NCBI GenBank assembly: GCA_038045665.1
Contig: JBBSXW010000007.1
Location: 1-56,443, forward strand
DNA length: 56,443 bases
Source: Nanobdellota archaeon
GTDB taxonomy: Archaea > Nanobdellota > Nanobdellia > SCGC-AAA011-G17 > JACPIM01
Reading direction: 5' to 3'
Part shown: piece after piece, positions 46,860 through 56,443 of the stretch
Layout: each line of letters begins with the position of its first letter
Position numbering within the stretch: the stretch's first letter is position 1
Position numbers and translations under genes: made by a program
The notes under the pieces: generated by a model
Seen by the model: only the letters and a program-made list of their open reading frames with translations
Database searches by the model: none
What the model was told of the DNA's origin: nothing

Positions 46860-46951
46860 TTTACTTAAAGTTTATATACCGGACTTTTAAATTTTCCTAC
46901 TATGAAATTTAAAACACAAAACTTTTAAAGCAGCCCTATAGTTATTCGGTT

Positions 46952-47509
46952 ATGCCATTGGGAATATTTTTGTGGATTTTGATTGTAATACTAGTTATTA
47001 GTGTTTTATGGTTTATCTTAACGTATAATGGCTTTATTCGCTTAAGAAACAGGATAGAAAATGCACTTTCGCAGATTGATGTGCAGCTTAAAAGAAGGTA
47101 TGATTTAATACCAAACCTTATTGAATCCGTAAAGGGCTATATGAAGCATGAGAGAGGAGTTTTAACTGAAATTACAAAGGCAAGAAGTTCTTTAATTAAA
47201 GGAAATATACATGAAAAGGCAAGGGCATCCAATCAGATAAGTGAGGCATTGAAGACTATTTTTGCAGTTGCGGAGAATTATCCAAATTTAAAAGCTAGCA
47301 AGAATTTTATGCAATTGCAAGAAGAGCTAAGTGGAACAGAGGATAAGATCGCATATTCAAGGCAGTTCTATAATGATTCTGTGCTGACATTTAATCAGAA
47401 AGTCCAGACGTTTCCATCTAAGATAATTGCAAGCATGTTTTCATTCAAAGAAAAAGAATATTTTGAAGCTGAGGAAGAAGCTAAAAAGGCTGTGAAAGTA
47501 AAGTTCTAG
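46952..47509 (+). CDS. lemA: LemA family membrane protein
   Basis: N-terminal TM helix, then YNGFIRLRN...[16 protein letters not shown]...YNDSVLTFN, typical of LemA. Confidence 0.88.
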   Translation: MPLGIFLWILIVILVISVLWFILTYNGFIRLRNRIENALSQIDVQLKRRYDLIPNLIESVKGYMKHERGVLTEITKARSSLIKGNIHEKARASNQISEALKTIFAVAENYPNLKASKNFMQLQEELSGTEDKIAYSRQFYNDSVLTFNQKVQTFPSKIIASMFSFKEKEYFEAEEEAKKAVKVKF

Positions 47510-47510
47510 A

Positions 47511-48404
47511 ATGGGCATTTATGAAGAAATTTCTTTAAACAAGAGAAAATCATTACTTTTGATTTTTCTTTTTATAATCATAATAGTTTTGCTTGGTTAC
47601 GTTTTTGGTTTAATATTTTTTAATCCTGTTGTTGGATTGGCTATTGCTTTTATTATATCAATTATTTTTACTTTAATTAGTATTTTTTCTGGTGATAAAA
47701 TTATTCTAAAGGTGATGAATGCGAAAGAAGCAAAGAAGCCTGAACATACTAGATTGATTAATATTGTTGAAGGGTTAAGTATTGCCGCAGGAATTCCCGT
47801 TCCTAAGGTATATGTTATAGAAGAAGACAGCCCGAATGCGTTTGCAACTGGAATAAATCACGAGAAATCTTCTGTTACTGTTACAACAGGATTGTTGAAA
47901 TTGATGAATAAAAATGAGTTGGAAGGCGTTATTGCGCACGAGATTTCGCACATAAAGAATTATGACATAAGGTTTATGCTATTAGTTGCTACATTAGTTG
48001 GCATTTCGGTTTTAATCTCTGATATGATTTTGAGAAGTTTGTGGTGGGGTGGATATAGCCATAGAGGCAGAGATAGTCGCGGCAGTATTTACATAATCGT
48101 TATTGGACTGGTTTTAGCAATTCTAACTCCGATTATTGTTCAGCTAATTAAATTAGCAGTTTCAAGAAAGAGGGAGTTTTTGGCTGATGCTTCTGGCGCT
48201 TTATTAACAAGATATCCAAAGGGATTGGCTGATGCACTAAGAAAGATTAAAGCTGATAAAGAACCTATGGTGAAAGGTGCAAATAGGGCAATGGCACATT
48301 TGTTTATTGCGGATCCGATGAGGGCAGTTGGAGAGAATGTTAAGCATTGGTTTAGTACGCATCCTGATATTAATGCGCGTATCAGGCGTTTGGAAAACAT
48401 GTAA
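47511..48404 (+). CDS. htpX: M48 zinc metalloprotease HtpX
   Basis: HEISHIKN (HExxH), four TM helices and THPDINARI at the C-terminus. It starts 1 nt after the lemA stop. Confidence 0.9.
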   Translation: MGIYEEISLNKRKSLLLIFLFIIIIVLLGYVFGLIFFNPVVGLAIAFIISIIFTLISIFSGDKIILKVMNAKEAKKPEHTRLINIVEGLSIAAGIPVPKVYVIEEDSPNAFATGINHEKSSVTVTTGLLKLMNKNELEGVIAHEISHIKNYDIRFMLLVATLVGISVLISDMILRSLWWGGYSHRGRDSRGSIYIIVIGLVLAILTPIIVQLIKLAVSRKREFLADASGALLTRYPKGLADALRKIKADKEPMVKGANRAMAHLFIADPMRAVGENVKHWFSTHPDINARIRRLENM

Positions 48405-48768
48405 CCCTACTTTTCCTTTCTAAATAGGGCTCAAGACCTAGCTCTAAATACAAGTCTGAAACATTTACGATATTCCAAATATTGGATATACCGAAGTGGC
48501 TTCCTATTTTATCTCCAGATGGATATCTGTTTCCTTTTTTAATTTCTTTTAGTATGAATTTTTTGAATTCGTTCTTCCATAAATTAATAGACTCTTCATC
48601 TGGTTTTTTTGCTCTTTTTCCACCCATGTTCCTTAAAGGTAGCGGGATCTTTAAAATTTTATATATATCAAAAAGGCTACTAAAGTAAGTATAAATATCA
48701 TAATTTAAATTTTTAGAAATAGTTGCGCAATTTGGTTTTATGCCTTCTGTTAAATACTTTTTACGCAC
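48382..48768 (-). CDS. Hypothetical protein with two homing-endonuclease-associated-repeat-like segments
   Basis: Two similar segments are present (ATISKNLNYDIYTYFSSLFDIYKILKIP and GDKIGSHFGISNIWNIVNVSDLYLELGLEP). The 3' end overlaps htpX convergently by 23 nt. Confidence 0.4.
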   Translation of the reverse strand: MRKKYLTEGIKPNCATISKNLNYDIYTYFSSLFDIYKILKIPLPLRNMGGKRAKKPDEESINLWKNEFKKFILKEIKKGNRYPSGDKIGSHFGISNIWNIVNVSDLYLELGLEPYLERKSRVTCFPNA

Positions 48769-48858
48769 ATAATCTAATATTTTTTGCAGCTTTTTCTCCT
48801 TTTCTGAGCCAATTCCTTCTTTAGAAGAGAGGATAAGCAGATTAGAAAAAATGTGAAA

Positions 48859-49830
48859 TTAGTTGCTTATGTACTTGATTACAAAACTTTTTTCTGCGCC
48901 TAAGAGAAGACGAAGGAATTTGTACGATTCATATACTTCTTCTTCTCTCTTTATAATTTCGTCTGGACCGTTTAATGATCGCCAGCTATATACCCTTCTT
49001 TTACGGTCCAATACTTTGTGGTCAAGGAAATCTTTTATTTCTTCATAAGCGGGGGGTTCGTCAAATCGATGTAAAAAGCTTCGTAAAAAATTTGTCAATA
49101 GTTGTCTCCTGTATTCAAACCTGTGATCAAGCCTATCATTTTTAAGTCTTGCGTAAAGTTTTGTCGTTGAATGTATTAATGTAGCGGTTAGGCCCTCTCT
49201 TTCTGCATCTCTGAGGGATTGAATAGAAAAAAGCTTTTCGAAATCCAGATTGCATGACATAGCGGCTACTGCTTGTTGCACTTCAGCAATTTGGGTTTCA
49301 AACTCAGGCAATATATCTTTTCTTTTTTTAATCTCCTCTGAAACATAATCGATAAAAAATTGTCCGAATTCGCTATCGGTTTTCAAACCTGACTCGTTTG
49401 CCAATTTGAATAAATTTGTTAATTCTTTTTCTGTTTTTTCTATCTCGTTTTCTAATAATGAGTGTATTACATTCTTTTCTGAATCAAACACCAATATGCC
49501 GAGATACTTTGTGCCTGACGATAAAAAGTCTTCTCGCGCATCTGTGAAATAGTAGGCGTTTACTGCATCGCAGTCAAACGTTTCTACGCTCAGATCGTCA
49601 ATAGCAGAGACTAGATCGACCAAACCGCACAATCTTTCTGGCGTCGCCTTATATGCCGGATTGTTTAATGCTTGATTTATTTTAGAAGATATCTGAGATG
49701 GTTTGGAGTATAATGCTTCTATGTCTTTTAGGGTTTTCCACGCGTCTTGCGTCCCTATATAATTTTCTGCCTTTAGATCCTGAATTGCCCTTAGCATTCC
49801 TTCTAATCTTTGTTTTTTAGATTCTTGCAT
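48859..49830 (-). CDS. Hypothetical protein (323 aa, helical)
   Basis: Long ORF with coding-like composition and no recognisable motif. Confidence 0.5.
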   Translation of the reverse strand: MQESKKQRLEGMLRAIQDLKAENYIGTQDAWKTLKDIEALYSKPSQISSKINQALNNPAYKATPERLCGLVDLVSAIDDLSVETFDCDAVNAYYFTDAREDFLSSGTKYLGILVFDSEKNVIHSLLENEIEKTEKELTNLFKLANESGLKTDSEFGQFFIDYVSEEIKKRKDILPEFETQIAEVQQAVAAMSCNLDFEKLFSIQSLRDAEREGLTATLIHSTTKLYARLKNDRLDHRFEYRRQLLTNFLRSFLHRFDEPPAYEEIKDFLDHKVLDRKRRVYSWRSLNGPDEIIKREEEVYESYKFLRLLLGAEKSFVIKYISN

Positions 49831-49937
49831 AATGCGTATATTTTAAATCCTGTTTATAAATCTTTCTATATTTCACTACTGTATAGTAATTTATTAAGAA
49901 CAGAGAGCTTAAAACTTCTTTGAATAAGGTCCTTTGC

Positions 49938-51551
49938 ATGAACAATTTGTTAGGAAAGGAAAAAAGCAGGTATCTTTTACAGCATAAAGATAATCCTGTT
50001 AATTGGTATGCGTGGGGCGAAGAAGCTTTTGAGAAAGCAAGAACAGAAAATAAGCCCATTTTCCTAAGCATCGGCTATTCTTCATGCCATTGGTGCCATG
50101 TGATGGCCCATGAATGTTTTGAAGATCTAGAAATTGCGAAAGTGCTGAATGATTCTTTTGTTTCAATAAAGCTTGATAAGGAAGAGTATCCTGATATTGA
50201 TGGCTTTTACATGGACTTTCTTGTTAGAAATTTTGGGAGTAGTGGTTGGCCATTGAATGTGTTTTTGAACCATAATAACATTCCATTTTATGGAATGACT
50301 TACCTGCCGAAGTATAATTTTTTGATGCTGCTGAACCAAGTATTAGAGGAATTTCACAAAAATACAAAAATAAAAACCATGAGTATTGGAGAAAGATTTA
50401 AACTGAAGAAGGTTGATAGGGGCGAGGCTAAAAAATTACTTGAGTCTGTTTCATTTGATAATGTTTATGACGTGTTTGGACCAAGGTTTCCGCGGGCTTT
50501 ATTTTTGTTTTATAAACTACATAAAGGTTTAGATATTGAACAAGAATTAGAAAATATTATCACTAAAGGATTATTTGATCATATTGAAGGTGGGTGGTTT
50601 AGATATAGTGTTGATTCAGAATGGAAAGTACCTCATTTTGAAAAAATGCTTTATGACCAAGCTACTTTGCTGTTTTTGTGTGCTGAAGTTTACTATAAGA
50701 ATCAAAAACGAATTTGCAAGTATGCTATTGAAAAAACTATTTTCTGGTTAAATGAACGTATGAGGCTGCTAAGTGGCCTGTATGGAAGCGCAGCAGACGC
50801 CGATACAAAAGATGGCGAAGGATATTACTATACTATTGAAAAAACTAATGATGAAAAAATTAAAACACTCTTTAGATTAGATGAGTGCGGCGTGCATGAA
50901 AATAGATTTATGCCTTGGATTAACTTTGCGTTCTATAAAGAAAATCCAGATGAAAGCAATAAGATAATTAACTTGTATAAAGAGGCGAGAAAGAATATAG
51001 ACAGTCCGGGGTTAGATAATAAGTCTGTAATGTCTTGGAATTGTTTTTTTGGGTTCAGCTTATTGAGGTGCGCAGATGCGCTAGGCGATGATTCGATTAA
51101 AAACCTGGCTTTGGCTTTGTTCGACAACATTTTTAGATATCATGTAAAAGATAAAATATTTCATGTCGTTTACGATACTGAAGGATTTGAAAGCCAAGAA
51201 TATTTAGAGGATTATGCTAGCTATTTGCTATTTTTAAGCGAGATCGTAAAAATCAAACCTGAGTTAAAAGATAAGGCAGAAGATTTTATAACAATAATAG
51301 AAAAGAAATTTGTGAAAGAAGATTACTTGGTTAATACTACTGGAACTTTCTTTGATAATCCTAATCTTTTGTATGACATGCCTCTTCCTTCTGGGGGAAG
51401 TATTTTACTATATGCCCTATTGAATTTGAATCATGATAAATTAGAGCATTTTGCTTCTCTAACTTCTGGCGTTCTAGAACTTATTAAGAAGGATCCTTCT
51501 TTTTTTGGGCTGTGGTTATATTGTTTTGAGAAACTATTTGGAGAGCATTAA
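49938..51551 (+). CDS. Thioredoxin-domain protein, DUF255/YyaL family
   Basis: [20 protein letters not shown]...[18 protein letters not shown], followed by a six-hairpin glycosidase-like C-terminal region. The ATG at 49938 is preferred to the TTG at 49920. Confidence 0.85.
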   Translation: MNNLLGKEKSRYLLQHKDNPVNWYAWGEEAFEKARTENKPIFLSIGYSSCHWCHVMAHECFEDLEIAKVLNDSFVSIKLDKEEYPDIDGFYMDFLVRNFGSSGWPLNVFLNHNNIPFYGMTYLPKYNFLMLLNQVLEEFHKNTKIKTMSIGERFKLKKVDRGEAKKLLESVSFDNVYDVFGPRFPRALFLFYKLHKGLDIEQELENIITKGLFDHIEGGWFRYSVDSEWKVPHFEKMLYDQATLLFLCAEVYYKNQKRICKYAIEKTIFWLNERMRLLSGLYGSAADADTKDGEGYYYTIEKTNDEKIKTLFRLDECGVHENRFMPWINFAFYKENPDESNKIINLYKEARKNIDSPGLDNKSVMSWNCFFGFSLLRCADALGDDSIKNLALALFDNIFRYHVKDKIFHVVYDTEGFESQEYLEDYASYLLFLSEIVKIKPELKDKAEDFITIIEKKFVKEDYLVNTTGTFFDNPNLLYDMPLPSGGSILLYALLNLNHDKLEHFASLTSGVLELIKKDPSFFGLWLYCFEKLFGEH

Positions 51552-51568
51552 ACTTTGTTCTTTGCATA

Positions 51569-51931
51569 TTGGGCATTATCCAAAATTTAATAAAGATTTG
51601 TTTTGGGATTTTGCTTATGCCTTACAAACCGGGAAGAATAGTAAAAGTTGGTGGATTAGTTGGCATAATCGCGACAACTAGCTTATATGTTGGCAGATGC
51701 GTTGCAAATTATGCATATAACGTTGATGAACTTCCTGTCAAATCTGCTTTTGATTATAGAGAAATGTTAAGGGCCGATCCCGGAGGAACCACTTATGATG
51801 ACGGTTTAGGAATCGCTCTCGGTGGGCTAGTCGCACTTTGCGTGGCTGGCGTAGCTGGCGCAATCTGGGCTTTGGCTAGGCTTAATTCTAGACTAGAAGA
51901 TAAGATAAGTAATTATAGAAAAAGTAATTAA
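51569..51931 (+). CDS. Small membrane protein
   Basis: 120-aa ORF with 2-3 hydrophobic helices. Confidence 0.35.
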   Translation: MGIIQNLIKICFGILLMPYKPGRIVKVGGLVGIIATTSLYVGRCVANYAYNVDELPVKSAFDYREMLRADPGGTTYDDGLGIALGGLVALCVAGVAGAIWALARLNSRLEDKISNYRKSN

Positions 51932-51953
51932 ATAAATATATCTGCTTAATTTT

Positions 51954-52340
51954 GTGGAGAAAACAGAAAAAGAATGGAAGAAGAGATTAACAAGGGAGCA
52001 ATATCATATCCTAAGAGAGAAAGGGACTGAGATGCCTTTTACTGGAAAATTATTGCACAACAAGAAAAAAGGAAAATATGTGTGTGCTGCTTGTGGACAT
52101 GGATTATTCCTTTCCGATACAAAATACGATTCTGGAACTGGATGGCCTAGTTTTTATAAGCCGGCTTTTAATGATAGCGTTGAAATGGAATCTGATAATA
52201 GTCTTTTTGTGAGGAGAACCGAAGTTTTGTGCAAAAAATGCAGAGGTCATTTAGGACACGTTTTCGAAGACGGGCCCACGCCTAGCGGAAAAAGATATTG
52301 CATAAATTCTTGTGCTCTGAAGTTTAAGGAGAAGAAATAA
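51954..52340 (+). CDS. msrB: Peptide-methionine (R)-S-oxide reductase
   Basis: [28 protein letters not shown] and RYCINS are the SelR motifs. Confidence 0.9.
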   Translation: MEKTEKEWKKRLTREQYHILREKGTEMPFTGKLLHNKKKGKYVCAACGHGLFLSDTKYDSGTGWPSFYKPAFNDSVEMESDNSLFVRRTEVLCKKCRGHLGHVFEDGPTPSGKRYCINSCALKFKEKK

Positions 52341-52414
52341 GACCTTTGATGTATCTGGAAAATTTTATGGCAAGCAAAATTTATTTTTGACGCTGAACTG
52401 TTTTAAGATCGTTT

Positions 52415-53245
52415 CTAATTTTTTCCGTAAAGGGTGTCCAGTGGGCTTTTTACTTTTTTTAGTCTTTCTTTGCTTACTTGCGTATATATTTCCGTTGTTT
52501 CCAAACTCTCATGACCAAGTAGTCCCTTTATTGCCAATAGGTCGGTTCCTTTTTCATATAGGTGTGTAGCAAAGCTGTGTCTTAGTGTATGTGGAGTCAC
52601 TTTCTTTTTTATTCCTGCTCTTTTTGCCAGTCTCTTCAGCATATATTGTATGCTTCTTGTTGTGAGTGGTTTTGTTTTGGAAAAAACATAGGTGTTGTTC
52701 GGTTGCCCCCCGATATATTTTTTTAGTTCTTCGTTGATAGTGTTCGGTATATTAAACGGTCTGTCTTTTTTTCCTTTTCCCTTTCTTACCCATCCAGCAT
52801 TTTCCGAGAAATCAATATCTACTGGTTTTAAATTTACAACTTCGCTTACCCTAAGGCCGCAGCCGTATAGTATGTGAACAATCAAACGACTTTTCTGAAA
52901 TTTTGTAGCATTGATTAAATCTTTTATTTCTTGCTCTGTTAGAATGATTGGGAGACTTTTTGGCTTCTTGGGAATTTTGAGTTTAGAATATATCTCTGGC
53001 CTGTCTACAATACTGCTAAAGAAAAACCGTATGCATGAGATTGCAAGTGCTAGTGATCTTCCTGCATATTTATCACTAAGATTTGCCAAATACTTTTTTA
53101 TTTCGTCAAGGGTTGCTGATTGTGGATCATGAATAGTGGATAAAAAGGGGGTTAAAAATTGAAGATATGTGCGAATGGTATGTTGGCTATAACCAAGAAG
53201 CTTCAGTTCTATGTGCACCTTGTTTAGGTATTCCTCTTTTTTCAT
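52415..53245 (-). CDS. xerA: Tyrosine recombinase, XerA/XerC-like
   Basis: GLRVSEV (Arg I), HTLRHSFATHL (HxxR), LLGHESLETTEIYTQV (His/Tyr). An N-terminal SAM-like domain is present. Confidence 0.85.
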   Translation of the reverse strand: MKKEEYLNKVHIELKLLGYSQHTIRTYLQFLTPFLSTIHDPQSATLDEIKKYLANLSDKYAGRSLALAISCIRFFFSSIVDRPEIYSKLKIPKKPKSLPIILTEQEIKDLINATKFQKSRLIVHILYGCGLRVSEVVNLKPVDIDFSENAGWVRKGKGKKDRPFNIPNTINEELKKYIGGQPNNTYVFSKTKPLTTRSIQYMLKRLAKRAGIKKKVTPHTLRHSFATHLYEKGTDLLAIKGLLGHESLETTEIYTQVSKERLKKVKSPLDTLYGKN

Positions 53246-53323
53246 GCATATAGGGAATTTTTATCAATTTTTAATGCTTCCGATAAGACTGATTATACGA
53301 ACTTTTTAGCTATTTTATCTAGT

Positions 53324-53521
53324 TTAGGCGATTATTGGGGTTATGTCGGTTGGTGTTGCTAGGTCTCCGCCATGCCTCTTTAACATCTGGTGACGGTATT
53401 TACTATAATCTTCGTCAAATTTATGGTCCTGGAATATCCAATTCTCATAAAACCCCTTAATCTTGCCGAGGGATATCAATAGATGTCCCATTAATTTGCG
53501 ATATTGGTGTTGCAGTCCCAT
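53324..53521 (-). CDS. Small hypothetical protein
   Basis: 65-aa ORF only. Confidence 0.25.
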   Translation of the reverse strand: MGLQHQYRKLMGHLLISLGKIKGFYENWIFQDHKFDEDYSKYRHQMLKRHGGDLATPTDITPIIA

Positions 53522-53669
53522 ATTTTCAATACTTTCTACATACTTCTCTATTTCTCTATATAAATATAGATATCCTTCTTGTTGATGGCTGTTAAATCTC
53601 CTCTTGAATGTGTGCTCCTGATCTTTCTTCCTTTGACATATTTTCTCCTATAAATTTTTTAATTATTGA

Positions 53670-53918
53670 TTAAAAGTTTTTGCTAATTTTCCTTAATTCG
53701 TTTCTGTACATCTTGATTACCCTTTGGCATCTTTCACAGCCTTTTATGTGTGTTTCGTATTCTTGATTTTCTTCTTGGTGTAGGTTGGTTATGTAATGCA
53801 TAAGCTCAGGAAGCGAGGGCTCGTGCTCTTTTATTTCAATTGCAGTGAAATAGCGTTTTAATAATTCATCTAATCTCTTTGCATCTATTTTTCCTTTTCT
53901 ATTTTGATTATTTGACAT
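53670..53918 (-). CDS. Small hypothetical protein with a C-x2-C pair
   Basis: 82-aa ORF reading ...HIKGCERCQRVIKMY... Confidence 0.3.
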   Translation of the reverse strand: MSNNQNRKGKIDAKRLDELLKRYFTAIEIKEHEPSLPELMHYITNLHQEENQEYETHIKGCERCQRVIKMYRNELRKISKNF

Positions 53919-54117
53919 TTCTATCCTTATTTTTTCTTTTAATTAGGATCATACTAAAATAGTATTTGAGTGTTTTTAAACCTTTCTGTTTGTAATTACT
54001 GTTCAGTAAATATGCTTGTTTCTTTATTATTTGTGTTTTAGTCTTTGCTTAAAGGTTTTAGCTTTAGTTTATTTCTGATTGGTTATTTATATAAGCTAAT
54101 TAATATATTTAGGATAA

Positions 54118-55096
54118 ATGGGAAAGAGGATTGGGCTGGCTTTGGCCGGAGGAGGGGCTTCAGGATTAGTGCATATTGGGGTTTTAAAGGTGCTTGAGGA
54201 GGAAAAGATAGATGTTCATGCCATTTCTGGGGTTAGTTTTGGGGCTTTAATAGGCGGCTTGCACTGCGCTGGTTATAAAGCCAGTGGATATTGAAAAACT
54301 GGCGAAAGAGACTGATTGGCAACGTTTAATGGACTTTACATTGCCTTCAAATAGCTTTATTAGAGGGAGAAAAATAGAGAATAAGATAAGGAAACTTGTA
54401 GAAAATAAGCAGTTTTCTGATTTGAATAGGAGCTTTTTTGTAGTTGCATCTAATTTGGATTTGGGAAATGAGGTTGTTATTAAAGAAGGTGACCTGACTA
54501 CTGCTATAAGGGCTTCTATTGCTATTCCTGGGGTTATTGCTGCTAAAAAAATAGGCAAATATAGGTATGCGGATGGGGCTTTAGTTGATCCTACTGGGAT
54601 ATTGCCTTTGAAGAGGAAGTGCGATATTTTGATTGCGGTTGACACTTCTGCTCCTTTTGACAAATATATTGGATTAATTAAGAGTAAAGAAAGCAAAGAA
54701 AATGAGTTTGTTAATATTTTGAGAAACAATATTGTTTGGAAGTCTGGCGAGCTACTAAAGAAAACTATTAAGGAAAAAGGATTTAGTAAAGTGCCGCAGG
54801 TTTTAATGAAGAGTTTAGAAAAGATCTTGGATAGGTTATTGACGCCAAGCAGGATTATGAATTTTGTTTCTGGCGGCGTAAGTTCTGGGATGGTTGATAT
54901 TGTGCTAAGGTCATATCAAATTTCTATGAATAGGCTGTATGCTTTGAACTTGGAGAGCGGAAAACCCGATGTTGTGATAAAGCCTGAACATGGTTATATT
55001 GGGTGGGTTGAGTTTGATAAAGTTGATGAATTTGTTAAAGCTGGTGAAGAAGCGACTAGGAGAGAAATTGGGAAAATAAAAAAATTACTTAGATGA
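54118..55096 (+). pseudogene. Patatin-like phospholipase interrupted by a +1 frameshift near 54280
   Basis: The frame from the ATG at 54118 gives MGKRIGLALAGGGASGLVHIGVL...ISGVSFGALIGGLHCAGYK (GGGxxG and GxSxG) and stops at 54292. The next frame, listed as ORF 54284..55096, continues VDIEKLAKE...YADGALVDP with the catalytic Asp. Confidence 0.75.
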
Positions 55097-55684
55097 TTTC
55101 TTATTTTGTTTTAATTGCGGTTTGATTTTTATTTTTAATTTAGGGTTTATATATGAGATGCCTTTGTTTGTTAATTTAACAAAGACTTGTCTTCGTTTTC
55201 TTAGCTTGCGGGCTAGGTTCATTTCTTCAAGAACATCGAGATAAGTTGAAATCATTGGTCTTATCGATTCGTATTTTTTTTGAGGGTAGAGTTCTTCGCC
55301 TAATTGCTTTGCTGGAATCCAATTGTCTGGGTTTTCAACATGCAGTTTTGCAAGAAGGATCAGGATGTTTTGTTGGACTTCTGTAATTTTACCAGCAATG
55401 CCTGTTTCATCACCTTGCGTTTCAACGGGCGCTTCATCTTGCTGGCTTTGCTCTGAAATCGTATGAGTTAAGAGGTGATTTTTTGTATCTTTTAGATTGA
55501 AAATTTCTGATTCTAGCCTTTCTAGGCGCCTTAGGGTTTCATGAAGCCTGTAAGAAGAGAGGTTTTTTGTTTCTGTTATGTCTCTTTTTATATTTTGAAA
55601 TGATACTAAGAGGCTTTTTTCAAGGAGGTTTAACTTGTTTTCTAATACTTCTAGACGTTTATTCTTAGAAAACCACCAAACCAT
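55085..55684 (-). CDS. Coiled-coil protein with C-terminal winged-helix domain
   Basis: The N-terminal half has heptad-like repeats. The C-terminal QQNILILLAKLH...YLDVLEEMNLARKLRKRRQVFVKLTNKG resembles a wHTH. Confidence 0.45.
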   Translation of the reverse strand: MVWWFSKNKRLEVLENKLNLLEKSLLVSFQNIKRDITETKNLSSYRLHETLRRLERLESEIFNLKDTKNHLLTHTISEQSQQDEAPVETQGDETGIAGKITEVQQNILILLAKLHVENPDNWIPAKQLGEELYPQKKYESIRPMISTYLDVLEEMNLARKLRKRRQVFVKLTNKGISYINPKLKIKIKPQLKQNKKSSK

Positions 55685-55735
55685 GAATTGGGGCTAATTT
55701 GCGTTTTTATATAGTTTTCGGAGGCGTAAGTAAAG

Positions 55736-55778
55736 CGTAACTTACGCGTAAGTTACGTTTTCACTTACGTAAGTTACG
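55736..55778. repeat. Three copies of the 11-bp palindromic motif CGTAA(C/G)TTACG, two of them abutting to form a perfect 22-bp palindrome
   Basis: CGTAACTTACG lies at 55736..55746 and CGTAAGTTACG at 55747..55757 and 55768..55778. A degenerate copy CGTAAGTAAAG lies at 55725..55735, and ACTTACGTAAGT at 55763..55774 is also palindromic. All sit in the divergent intergenic region. Confidence 0.85.
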
Positions 55779-56110
55779 TGTAAATTACACATGTAGGAAG
55801 AAGCTTTAAATGAGTGTAGAGGACGATCTTAATATGGAATTAACGAAGTTAGAAGAAGGGGGTAAGGTAAAGATAGTAGATAAGATATATGAAGTGTTAA
55901 AAGTTGAAACACAAGAGGATATAGCTAAATTAGATTTTTTACAGTAGTTTGTTTATATGACTGTGAAATGAAAAAAATACCCTTAGTCATGAATTGCATT
56001 ATTATGAAGATGCTGGAAAGGTTTATTTATTGGGAGTGAGAGATAGAAAAAGAGAGGTTATTGATCCTGATAAGGTAAAAATACTTAAGAGATAGAGAGT
56101 GGTGGGATAG

Positions 56111-56308
56111 ATGAAAGATTTTGAGACAAAGGTGGTTAAAAAGTTTGAAGTAGCGTTAAATAGTGGTGAAAAGGAAAAAGTGAGGGCTCTGATGGTCGAG
56201 ATCATAGTGGGCTTGGAGAAAATCGTTCATAAAAAAAAGCGGAGTCTACATTGCATGTTGGGGGATGCTAGAGAGAGGTGTAAGAGGGAAATAAAGAAAA
56301 ACTATTGA
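56111..56308 (+). CDS. Small hypothetical protein
   Basis: 65-aa ORF only. Confidence 0.2.
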   Translation: MKDFETKVVKKFEVALNSGEKEKVRALMVEIIVGLEKIVHKKKRSLHCMLGDARERCKREIKKNY

Positions 56309-56443
56309 TTTTTTGAAAAGTGAGAGGTTAAATATCAAATAGGGTTCTTTGACCTGAGCTTGAAACCCTTAACCTAAGCAGTTTTTGGTAGAGGTCTAGT
56401 TGCTTAAACTCCTTTTTTATGGAAAGTGAGACTTTACCATTAA

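Noticed and set aside
56309-56443. Possible CRISPR or repeat array from the repeated GAAAGTGAGA segments at the window end
   Set aside because: There are only two short imperfect copies about 90 nt apart, without a regular repeat-spacer periodicity or nearby cas genes.

Overview
AT-rich, very gene-dense chromosomal segment of about 60 genes with short or overlapping spacers. The information-processing genes are clearly archaeal: family B DNA polymerase, FEN1, RFC small and large subunits, RadB, type IA topoisomerase, AglB/STT3, Cdc48, a PAC2-type proteasome chaperone, type 2 methionine aminopeptidase, SerRS and MetRS. A bacterial-type grpE-dnaK-dnaJ operon is also present. The low G+C, small genes, leaderless-looking promoters and many cysteine-rich surface proteins suggest a small-genome DPANN-like archaeon, but that is inference only. 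All homology calls were made by eye from motifs in the ORF translations, with no searches run. The layout is as follows. 1-9.0 kb: N-glycosylation island (rfbB, GT1, GT2, GT-C membrane protein, aglB) holding a homing-endonuclease-like gene broken by an in-frame TAG. 9-12 kb: transporter, Trm5-like and HAD genes. 12.3 kb: unassigned GC-rich structured element. 13-18.7 kb: toxin-antitoxin-like pair, fen, RecB-like nuclease, polB, map. 18.7-20.1 kb: DUF4143-type ATPase cassette flanked by a duplicated map 3' end. 20-26 kb: dnaJ-dnaK-grpE and cdc48. 26-35 kb: radB, topA, serS, xth and smaller genes. 35.06-35.25 kb: a tRNA-Lys(CUU) gene that I reconstruct as interrupted by four bulge-helix-bulge introns, which is the most striking item in the window. 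36-42.3 kb: cluster of secreted cysteine-rich or pilin-like proteins, including a 1028-aa giant. 42.7-47 kb: rfcL-rfcS and metG plus a detached tRNA-binding domain. 47-52 kb: lemA-htpX, unknown genes, a thioredoxin-like protein and msrB. 52.4-56.4 kb: xerA-like recombinase, small ORFs, a frameshifted patatin gene and a cluster of 11-bp palindromes. No rRNA, CRISPR array or transposase was seen.
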